Shown here one piece after another: positions 1 to 10,266 of a DNA stretch of 64,000 bases. The stretch's first letter is position 1. The number at the start of each line of letters is the position of its first letter. The notes below the pieces were generated by a model. It was not told where the DNA came from. It saw nothing but the letters and a program-made list of their open reading frames with translations, and did no database searches. Source of the DNA: Octopus vulgaris (Eukaryota); assembly GCA_951406725.2 (NCBI GenBank), contig OX597824.1, positions 3,720,001-3,784,000 on the forward strand. Reading direction: 5' to 3'. A program made the position numbers and the translations under genes.

Positions 1-330
1 TGTATTTCTGTATCAAAATTTCCATCATTTTGTACAGAGCTTCCAAGGTAGACGAACGAATCGACAACCTCAAGTAACTTTCCCTTAACAAAAATTTTAG
101 TGGGGCTACAAACAGCACCACATGCAAGTTGGGGCATTACAACTGATTTTTTTTTTCAAGTTGATGGTCAAACCAAAATCATCACAAGCTGAGTCAAATG
201 CAGATACAAGATATTGCAGACTTGTTTCAGAATGACTGACAAGATCGCAGGGGTCAGCATATAAAGGTTCCCTAATGAGTGAAGTAAAAACCTTCGTTTT
301 GAATTTCAGTTGAAACATTCCTGTCACAAA
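1..330 (-). mobile_element. Degraded RTE-type LINE reverse transcriptase fragment
   Basis: ORF 106-327 reads REPLYAD-CDLVSHSETSLQYLVSAFDSACDDFGLTINLKK, a decayed YADD region; it continues towards the window start as LEVVDRFVYLGS, typical of non-LTR RT. Confidence 0.75.
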
Positions 331-590
331 CTGAGACCTTGAGGACTGCTTTAATGCAAGAAAGTATACTAGTCCCTTAATATTTGATATTCAACATTTC
401 ATCTATTCAATAAGACAATCAATACTTCATTTTATTATATTACTATATATACTTTTTATACTATATATGCTATGTATTCTATATTCTACATTAATATTAT
501 AAATAATATAAATAAAATATAAAAAACAAAGTTGGAATTTCTTTGAATAATATATATCCCTCTATACACAATCATACAAACCCCTTTTTA

Positions 591-626
<36 letters not shown>

Positions 627-630
<4 letters not shown>

Positions 631-2150
631 GTCGTCATCCGTTTTCCATGCTAGCATGGGTTGGACAGTTCAATCAAGGTCTTGATGCCAGGAGGCTACA
701 CCATGCTCCAGTCTGATCTGGCAGTGTTTCTACAGCTGCATGCCCCTCCTAATGCCAACCACTCCGTGAGAGTAGTGGGTGCTTTTTACGTGCCACCAGC
801 ACAGGTATCACAACTACAATTTCCATTTGATTTTTACTTTGATGTTCATGTACTTGACTCAATAGGTCTCCTCAAGCACAGCAGGTGACCCTATGATCCA
901 AGGTAAGCATAGCAGGCCGTTCTGCAAGCCAAGGTACTTTGGATGGTCTGGGGCTGCTATGTGAAGCTGGTGCAGGAAACAGCCATGAATTCACGTTACT
1001 TGTCAGGTCTTCACAGTCACAGCATATCTCCAGAGATCTCGGTTTGTTTGTCATTACCTCTGTGAGGCCCAACGTTCGAAGGTCATGCTTGACCACCTCA
1101 TCCCATGTCTTCTTGGGTCTACCTCTACCCCGGATTCCTTCAGCTGTTTGGGAGTGGCACTACTTCACACATCTCTCCTCATCCATCCATAGTACATGAC
1201 CATACCAGCGTAAACATCACTCCTGCATGCCACATCCATGCTTCTTATGGCCAGCATTTCTCTCCAGGTGCTTACACTCTCTCGTGCATGAACACTGACA
1301 TTACACATCCAACGGATCATGCTAGCTTCATTTATTTTGAGCCTATGAATGTCCTCTGCAGCCACAGCCCATATTTCACCACGGTGAAGCATGGCAGTTC
1401 ACATACATGCATCGTACAATCTACCTTTCACTCTGAGCAAGAGGCCCTTTGTCACCAGTAGGGGTGGAAGCTTTCAAAACTTTGCCCAGGCTATTCTTAT
1501 TCTAGTGGTAACACTCTCTGAGCATCCACCCCAACTACTAACTTGGTCACCTAGGTAGCGGAAACTATCAACTACTGATAGTTTCTTCCCCTGGAGTGTG
1601 ATGGAATCTGTTTTCTGAGTATCTGAGGTGTATATTGCATCTGTGCATCTGCCACACACAAAGCTATCTTCTTGGTTAATTTTCCTTTATGTTGCTGCAC
1701 CTCTTATGTGTCCATAGCTTACACTGGGTACATCTTATGGAGTTTCTACCTACACCTTTTCTACAGATTGAGCAGGGCCACCTACCTGAGGGTGTGTGTG
1801 ATAAGTTTGCCTTCCTACTTACTAAAACTTTGGTCTTTGCTACATTGACTCTAAGGCCTTTTGATTCTAAACCTAGCTTCCACACCCAAAATTTCTTTTC
1901 TAGTTCTGGTAGTGATTCTGCTATGAGAGCCAGGTCATCAGCATAGAGGAGCTCCCAGGGGCAACCTGTCTTGAATTCCTCTGTTATTGCCTGGAGGACT
2001 ATGATGAATAAAAGGGGACTGAGGGCTGAACCTTGGTGGACGCCAACTTCTACCCGGAATTCTTCACTATACCCGTTGCCAATCCTAACCTTACTAACGG
2101 CCCCTTTCTATAGGGCCTGTACAGCCCTTATTAACCATTCATCAATCTCC
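627..2150 (-). mobile_element. 5'-truncated RTE-clade LINE (RT C-half, 3' UTR, short tail), disabled
   Basis: Minus-strand pieces GVHQGSALSPLLF, WELLYADDL, GLRVNVAKTKVLVS, WPCSICRKGVG, VDSFRYLGD, RIRIAWAKF, RGRPKKTW; continuous into a 3' UTR ending ...catgctagcatggaaaacggatgacgacgac. Confidence 0.92.
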
Positions 2151-2353
2151 AGCATGTGGACACATTTCTCTCCTGTGACATCACAATTTTCTCTCACACA
2201 CTGTCTAGCAATCCGAAATACCTCAATTCTTTGGTCGTCACATTGCTGGACATTGGGAAACTTCTTTTCCACTTCACAATTGGCTATGTATACCTGCTGT
2301 CCAGCCTCCTTTTGGCTGCCTGGTACAGTTCCCTGCTACCCCACCCCTCCAGG

Positions 2354-2395
<42 letters not shown>

Positions 2396-2519
2396 TTCAA
2401 TTTCATTTAATTAGTCAAGGAACTAATTTACATCAGTGTGTAAATTTTATCCATTTTCTTCATTTTCTGATATATATATATATATATATGTGTGTGTATA
2501 TATATATATATAAACAATT

Positions 2520-2848
2520 GCCGCATGGAAGGTGTTTATAAGCTTCCCTTCAGCATGGAATTTTGTCAGTGAACATGTCGCGGTCTCAAAGCAACGAAAA
2601 TATTTTGGCAAATTAAATTTAAATGTTGAAGAGAATTTGACAGTTTTTGTTTGTTTCTTATATATATATATTTGTACCAGAGTAAGCACATAAAAGTGAA
2701 ACAAGATGGAAAAAATAGTACTCAAATACCAGTGGTAGAGTAATATGCTTTATTTAAAAGCAGCAGAAATATAAGAAAAGCTGTTACTCAGGGGAACGTG
2801 AAACTGAGTAACAGCTTTTGTTATATTTCTGCTGCTTTTAAATAAAAG
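2520..2848. mobile_element. Penelope-like terminal-repeat fragment with long palindrome
   Basis: Arms of about 43 bp (tttatttaaaagcagcagaaatataagaaaagctgttactcag and its reverse complement) at about 2749-2846; a related copy lies in opposite orientation at 7162-7315. Penelope assignment is inferred from a hammerhead remnant (gggaacgtGAAActgaGTAacag). Confidence 0.55.
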
Positions 2849-4697
2849 TATGTATGTATGTATATGTGCGGGTGTATATATATATGTGTGTGTGTGTATA
2901 TATATGTGTGTGTATGTATATAATTTAATAGGTACTTAAACACGACAAATATCAGCACCTAAAATCGAAACAAAGCGAATAACCTACTCTGTCTTTCCTT
3001 TCACCATTTTCTGCGGTTTAGCCACCAGTTCAGCAAGTTAAATTTTTCAAGGCATTAGCGATATCCATTAGCGATACAGATAGCGGTTAATTTGTGGTAG
3101 CCATGTCTTAAATAATCGTGTTGCATAGCAACGAAACTGTAGGTTCATGGGAAAAAGAAATGGACATGATACAGATTTAATTCAAGTTTTGTTTTTAGAT
3201 TTGAATATAGATTAATGACTTGTAGGTACGCATGATATACTATAAAGTATATTAAACATTTCTATTACTTAATACTAATGTGTTGCTAACGCAATAAACA
3301 GATTAGTTTAGTTTTGTGTGTGTGTGGGTGTGCGTTAGCGCGCGCGTGCGTTCATTTTATTCTGGAAAATCTAAGGAAATTTCTGTTGTGTCTGGGGAGA
3401 GATCCGAGTCATTTTCTTTTTGTGCCTTTTAATATAACACACTCACCTGTAAAATTTCCATTTTTTTCTTATTTTTATTCTCCTAAAATTTTTCGTTGCG
3501 TCTTGCAACCTTTTCAATAGTCTTACGAACCCATATAAAGAACCTTGCAAACCAAATCCAAAAACGAAATAATGAAATTTAACATACGATCTAAAAGTAT
3601 ATCTAAGAACAATTTTCGTTTACCGATGCAGAAACCCATGGTTGTCTGTAAAATTTCCTTTCATTCTTTAGTATTTTTATTTATTTTCAAATTCCACCGA
3701 GGTTGACTTTGCCTTTCATACAATCGGAATCGATAAAATAAACACTAGTTGAGCACTAGTGTAGATGTAGTCGACTAACCCCTCCTCGAAAATGTCAGGC
3801 CTTTTTGCACCTGTCATAGAAAGGATTACAATTTGCTACCTCAGAAACCAATTATTTTTCGCGTAAAGAATACATTTCGGATAATATACCCACTCTACTG
3901 ACAGATACACGAGTACATCTTTGCCCTGACTTATGGTCTATCATCATCATCGTTTAACGTCCGTTTTCCACGCTGGAATGGTTTGAACGGTTTGACTGAG
4001 AACTGGCAAGTCAGGAGGCTGCACCAGACTCCAATCTGATCTGGCAAGGTTTCTACAGCTGGATGCCCTTCCTAACACCAACCACTCCAGGACTGTAGAG
4101 GCACGGCGGCCAGTCAGGCAGCACTAGCATCGACCACGCTCGAATGGTGCTATAGCGGCTGTCGTTGGTTGTTCAAGTGTGTGGCACACTAGATAATGTC
4201 CTCTCTACACTACAAGGGTGCCCCCAACCTGTTAAGGTAATAAACATAACAAGGAAAGCGAAGTAACAGTGCTTCGTGACCGAAGTCCTTTGTGATATTT
4301 GTTCTGCACGGAGCCATAGTCTCCCTTGTCACTGATACCGCTTTCAAAATTGCAGTTAATCAGCGACTGATGGCTGGTTAACCGTAAACTTACAATATTA
4401 TATTTCTAATTCAGGCACAAGGTCAGCTTTTTGAGTGAAAGTCGACAGTCAATGCCCTCAAAAACCAGTATGTGACTAGTACATTGTTTTAGTGACACCC
4501 GGGTGGTTGGGGGCTGAAAAGCAGAATTGACGTCAGCGGGGATTAAACTCAAAATGTAAAGGGGCGAAACAAATAGCGCAAGGGATTAGCGAGGATTTCA
4601 CGATTCAACGTTACCATACTATATATAATAAATAAACACAATTACTAAAACTGCAAAAAAAAAAAGAAAAAAAGAAAAGATCGGTTATGTATAGGGG

Positions 4698-5063
4698 TCG
4701 TGGCACTCCGTCGGTTACGACGACGCGGGTTCCAGTTGATCCGATCAACGGAACAGCCTGTGCAAGTGGCTGAGCACTCCACAGATACGTGTACCCTTAA
4801 TGTAGTTCCCGGGAAGATTCAGCGCGACACAGAGTGTGACAAGGCTGGCCCCTTTGAAATACAGGTACAACAGAAACAGGAAGAAAGAGTGAGAGAAAGT
4901 TGTACTTTTGTACAGCAGGGTTCACCACCATTCTCTGCCGGAGCATCGTGGAGCTTTAGGTGTTTTCGCTCAATAAACACTCACAACGCCCGGTCTGGGA
5001 GCCGAAACCGCGATCCTCCGACCGCGAGTCCACTGCCCTAACCACTGGGCCATTACGCCTCCA
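4698..5063 (-). mobile_element. tRNA-derived SINE (family A)
   Basis: Minus strand starts ggaggcgtaaTGGCCCAGTGGttagggcag...GGTTTCGGCTCCC (A/B-box-like) followed by a non-tRNA body; related copies at 11897-12050 (+) and 53770-54042 (-). Confidence 0.8.
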
Positions 5064-5660
5064 CTATGATTAGTATAACTATAGGGCGTGCTTTTATTTG
5101 TTTTTACCTTGAATGCAGTCAATAAATTTTACTAGTTGCACTCAGTAGGTAGGTCAGGAAGAGTAAGTATTTTTCCGAATAGAGAGAAGAAAAAAGCAAA
5201 ACAAAGAGACAAGGAGTGGAAGAGAGATTGTTAAATAAATATTATATAAAAGCCAACTGTAGTCGAGGCAATGTATGTAGAAAGGCCTCGTAAATGCAGC
5301 TTTATTCGATTCTCTGCTCACATACAAAAGGTAATTTGCAAACCAGCCTTTCATTTCTTATTTGATTTAAAAGTAAGATAACAGAGCAAATATTAAGAAT
5401 TGTAATTGTGCCTGTACACGGGTATGTGTGTATGTATATACAAGGTTTTTGGGGGTAAATACACCAACCTTTTGACAATTTTACCGTTTTTGTATGCATG
5501 TACACAATGTAAATATTAGATTTACAAAATACTTTTATTTTAGTAGCGGTTTGTAAGTGTATGGAGGTGAAACACACGAGTATATTTACGTTTTTATTTA
5601 TAATTGGCAGAAATCATTCTGTAAGTTCTGCCGATTACTAATAAAAAAACAATACGTGTC

Positions 5661-5715
<55 letters not shown>

Positions 5716-6098
5716 CACACACACATACACAAAGCACATATATTTCTTATCTACTAAACATTTTTGAATTGTACCCAGTTTATTTTTGCGTATTGTGTAT
5801 CAGTCACTTAATTGGTTTTATCCAACAACCTGCCACGTTTTACAATCACGAGTTAATACAATTTCTTATCAGATACAGAAAAGGGACAAACATATATATA
5901 TATATATTATATATAAAGTTTGCTATTTCCATGCAAACGACAGCAGTAGTAGTTTACAGAAACTGTGGTTAACCTGAAAAGAAAAACAAAAGCGGAGAGA
6001 GTTACTAGTTATGTGTAAAAATAGCTATCCTTGCCAAGTTTTCACATAACTTGACATCACATCAGAAGGCCGTGTTCCTCTCTCGGTTTTTTCTCTAG

Positions 6099-6287
6099 TT
6101 GTACAACCAACTAAAAGTTTATTCGGTTGAACTGACCCTTCACAATAACTCTTGTTTGATATTATTCAAGTTTCCCCACCAGAGAAAACGGCAAAACCAT
6201 TGATTCGTCTTCTAACATTCAGCTTAATTCTATGGGGCTTTGAGTTAAGAGCGGTGCTAACTGAAAACCATTAACCATGGATATGTG
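6099..6287 (+). other. Candidate 5'-UTR exon of the ENTPD5/6-like gene, carrying short uORFs
   Basis: Non-repetitive island with ttttttctctag acceptor (ends 6098) and overlapping donors GTGAGT (6288) and GTAAGA (6292); the first coding exon downstream has acceptors that need an upstream exon. No transcript evidence. Confidence 0.45.
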
Positions 6288-6690
6288 GTGAGTAAGAACT
6301 TAATAGCAAATTTTCTTAGGTTTCCTAATTCTATCTCTCATTTTTATTATTATTATTAAGGCAGCTCGCTAGCAGAATCGTTAGTACGCTGGACATAGTG
6401 CTTGGCGATATTTCTTCTGATTTTATATTCTGAGTTCAAATGCCGCTGTTGTCAATTTTGCCTTTTATAATTTCAGAGGCGACAAATTAGTACCTATTTC
6501 TTTACTACCTACACGGGGCTAAACATAGAGGGGACAAACGGATTAAGTCGATTACATCGACCCCAGTGCGTAACTGGTACTTAATTTATCGACCCCGATG
6601 TCGACTTTGCCTTTCATCCTTTCGGGGTCGTAGGACCAGTGAAGCAATCGACTTGGCCCTCATTTCAAAATTGCTGGCCTTGTGCCACAA

Positions 6691-6770
6691 CCATTTGAGC
6701 CTGACGAGTCCCCTAAACTGCTGAGCGCTTTATAGATGCGAAACCAAGGGTCACTCTAGGGCCGACCATA
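6691..6770 (+). ncRNA. Hammerhead-ribozyme-like motif (type I topology), copy A
   Basis: CTGACGA (6701-6707) ... GAAA (6740-6743), CC-aag-GG, GTC (6750-6752); flanks gag/ctc pair; homologous to 53087-53160 (-). Stem II imperfect. Confidence 0.45.
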
Positions 6771-6837
6771 ACATTTCACTTATATGTATGTATGTGTGTT
6801 TATAGTCGCAATTAAAAACAAATTTATTGCATATATA

Positions 6838-7041
6838 AAATAGTGTACATTTAAACACAATAGAAAACTGCCTTCAACAGGCAGTTTTCACATGCTAGAA
6901 GAAGTAGTCAAAACAACGAAAACCATATTTAAGAGCAGTCTTCAAAAGGAATGAAAAATAACTTTTACCTGTGATTTTATTGTATATATTTTATTGGCTG
7001 TCGAAGGCAGTTTTCGCTTGTGTTGAAATATACACTATTTT
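6838..7041. repeat. Inverted repeat pair of about 44 bp (MITE or fold-back-like)
   Basis: aaaatagtgtacatttaaacacaatagaaaactgccttcaacag matches the reverse complement of ctgtcgaaggcagttttcgcttgtgttgaaatatacactatttt with few mismatches. Confidence 0.65.
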
Positions 7042-7320
7042 ATATTGATTGAGAATATGTTGTCTATTGACTTTTTATACATGCTAGGCCACTGGAGGTG
7101 AACTTTCAAAAAACTCACCACCCTATATATTATATATATATAACGTATATATATATGTATACTTTATTTAAAAGCAGCAGAAATATAACAAAACTTTGAG
7201 TAACAGCTTTTGTTATATTTCTGCTGCTTTTAAATAAAGCATATTACTCTACCTCTGGTATTTGAGTACTATTTTTTCCACCTGGTTTCACATTTATGTG
7301 TTTACTCTGGTACATATATA

Positions 7321-7382
<62 letters not shown>

Positions 7383-7974
7383 GGTGGGTGGTCATTTACA
7401 TACAGGCAGTTCACAAAAATTTAAATAAGTTAAAGTCTGTCACAAGTCAACAGTTTCTTTTTTTTTTAGTCTAGAGTCTATCTTGGTTTTCGTGATGCTT
7501 CGGTCATTGAAAATTGAAGCCTTTTCACCCCCACTGGCCCTGAACTAGACACCTTAGGGTTATTGTCAATTCCATTTTCATGTAGGAGCACAACAGGTCG
7601 TTGCCCAAGGACCTCACGGATACAGGGGCGCAATTCCGATCTATGTATTTTGTGGTTTGGTTTACTGTCAATAAATAAATATTGTAGGACCCACCGCATT
7701 GCTTGGGGACCCACAATACTGCTGAGACAGTACCGGTTATTGTTCATTCACATTTTCAACTTATTGAAAACACACATATATATAAAATATATTTCTATTT
7801 CTATGTATATTTAAATCTATCTCCTTCTTTCTTCTGTTGTCACATTCTAAATCGAGTATGATATGGCTACAGAGAATACTATTCTGCTCTTATTTCTTAT
7901 CTCTAATGCTTCATTTCTACATGGGGACTGTCAGGCGAAGGTAAAGGATTCACACGCTCGGGGCTTAATGTTAG

Positions 7975-8206
7975 GCGGCGAGCTTGGCAGAATGGTTAGC
8001 ACGCCGGGCGAAATATTCAGCGGTATTTCGTCTGCCGCTACGTTCTGAGTTCAAATTCCGCCGAGGTCGACTTTGCCTTTCATCCTTTCGGGGTCGATTA
8101 AATAAGTACCAGTTATTCACTGGGGTCTATATAATAAACTTAATCCGTTTGTCTGGCCTTGTTTGTTCTCTCTGAGTTTAGCCCCTTGTGGGTAGTAAAG
8201 AAATAG
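7975..8206 (+). mobile_element. tRNA-derived SINE (family B, Meta/MESC-like central domain)
   Basis: ggcggcgagcttggcagaatggttagc...gagttcaaattcc...gtcgactttgcctttcatcctttcggggtcga...aagtaccag...tagccccttgtgggtagtaaagaaatag; many copies in the window. Domain name is from recall. Confidence 0.85.
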
Positions 8207-8636
8207 GGGTTTAGTGTTAGGGTTTTTGTTATGCTGGAAACGGGTGGTGGGCGTATTCTTTACCTCTGCCGACTGTCGACCATACTCGTAGGTGCTGCAG
8301 AATATCGCTGACAGAACTAATTTAATAGATTAGGATATTTTTTCTTTTTCCAAAATTCTTCTTCCGTCCCCACTATCGTAGTACTCTGTCCGGGATCTTT
8401 TCGGTTTGACCGGCAGATTTTTTAAATAATTTCTCTGTAACTAAACACTTTTAAACTTCGTATATTGGTAGAATGTATTTATAAAACATCTTTTTCTCTT
8501 GGCTTTCTTGAGAAAATTCTGTAGTTTGTAAACTATTTCTTGTTTATTTTCTTGCATTTCGGCAATTTCAACCAATCAATGACGTCTATTGAGGTGAAAA
8601 CATTATCTCCAGAGCGTTGTCAACAACAATAATTTA

Positions 8637-8983
8637 CGGTGTCATATGAAATTGTCCCTGTTTTTTTATGAGAAAAGAGATACCCTGTGGCCATAAACTG
8701 AGGGGTCACTCGTAAACAGAGCTGGATAACAAAACCGTTCCCTCTATAGTGTCCACCCATAATTATGACCCTAGTATCGATCTATTGCATTTCAATCTGT
8801 TTTAGGGTTGGGGGAAGGTATCTTTTTTTTTTTTTCAGAAATGTAAATAAACCCAACTGCATATGTTGTGAACTTAGAATATGTGTTTATTAATAAAAGT
8901 TTAATAACGAAATTTTTTTATTCCTACGAACGTAACTGATATGAAATATGTCATAAATAACAGGGACAATTTCATATGACACT
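8637..8983. mobile_element. MITE-like element with terminal inverted repeats
   Basis: cggtgtcatatgaaattgtccctgtttttttatga at the left end and tcataaataacagggacaatttcatatgacactg at the right end; no coding capacity. Confidence 0.65.
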
Positions 8984-8999
8984 GGAAATTATTGTTGTT

Positions 9000-9950
9000 G
9001 ACAAGACGGGTTGCTCCTGGGAGCTCCTCTATGCTGATGACCTGGCCCTCATAGCAGAATTACTACCGGAACTAGAAAAGAAATTTCGCGTGTGGAAGCT
9101 AGGTTTAGATTCAAAAGGCCTTAGAGTCAATGTAGCAAAGACCAAAGTTCTAGTAAGTAGGAAGGTGAACTTATCACACACACCCTCAGGTAGGTGGCCC
9201 TGCTCAATCTGTAGAAAAGGTGTAGGTAGAAACTCCATAAGCTGTATCTAGTGTAAGCTATGGACACATAAGAGGTGCAGCAACATCAAAGGAAAATTAA
9301 CCGAGAAGATAGCTTTCGTGTGCGGTAGATGCACAAGTGCAATAGACACCACAGATACTCAGAAAACAGATTCCATTACACTCCAGGGGAAGAAACTATA
9401 AGTAGTTGATAGTTTCAGCTACCTAGGTGACCAAGTTAGTAGTTGGGGTGGATGCTCAGAGAGTGTTACCACTAGAATAAGAATAGCCTGGGCAAAGTTT
9501 TGAAAGCTTCCACCCCTACTGGTGACAAAGGGCCTCTTGCTCAGAGTGAAAGGTAGATTGTACAATGCATGTATGTGAACTGCCATGCTTCACCGTAGTG
9601 AAATATGGGCTGTGACTGCAGAGGACATGTGTAGGCTTTAAAGAAATGAAGCTAGCAAGATTCGCTGGATGTGTAATGTCAATGTTCATGCACGAGAGAG
9701 TGTAAGCACCTGGAGAGAAATGTTGGACATAAGAAGCATCGGATGTGGCGTGCAGGAGTGACATTTGTGTTGGTATGGTCATGTACTATGGATGGATGAG
9801 GATAGATGTGTGAAGAAGTGCCACTCCCAAACAGTTGAAGGAATCCAGGGTAGACGTAGACCCAGGAAGACATGGGATGAGGTGGTCAAGCATGACCTTC
9901 GAACGTTGAGCCTCACATATGCTATGACGAAAGACCAAGACCTCTGGAGA
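9000..9950 (+). mobile_element. RTE-clade LINE RT fragment, same subfamily as 627-2150, opposite orientation
   Basis: KTGCSWELLYADDLALIAE...GLRVNVAKTKVLVS...WPCSICRKGVG...WYGHVLWMDE...GRRRPRKTW, with stops and frameshifts. Confidence 0.92.
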
Positions 9951-10019
9951 AAATAAGTGAAACGAAAATGTATGTATCACTATATAATTTATTTTTTCTC
10001 TGTTTTTCTTATTAGGTAA

Positions 10020-10266
10020 ATGGAAAATAATAGTTGTCTTTGTAACTCTAGAAGGAAACTCTACAGGATACAGAATTCATTCACTTTTCAGATGAAGATG
10101 TGGGCTGCGGGTTTTACTGTTCTCTGTGTTATGGTTGTTTGGCTTTCTACTGCTTACCGCTGGGATCACCCTGGTGACCATGAAAGCAAGGTTACTTATG
10201 GCATCATGTTTGATGCCGGAAGCACTGGCTCTAGGATTCATGTATTCAGTTTTAGCAGTGATAACG
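10020..10266 (+). CDS. ENTPD5: ENTPD5/6-like coding exon 1 (hydrophobic segment, ACR1)
   Basis: WAAGFTVLCVMVVWLSTAY...YGIMFDAGSTGSRIHVF; donor GTGAGT at 10267; acceptors end at 10015 and 10091. Confidence 0.9.

Noticed and set aside
4990-5063. tRNA genes at SINE heads (also 11897 and 54000)
   Set aside because: A/B boxes are present, but they run into repeated SINE bodies and I could not build a full cloverleaf.
5900-6000. Strong minus-strand acceptor suggesting a divergent gene
   Set aside because: No convincing ORF, donor or further exons found.
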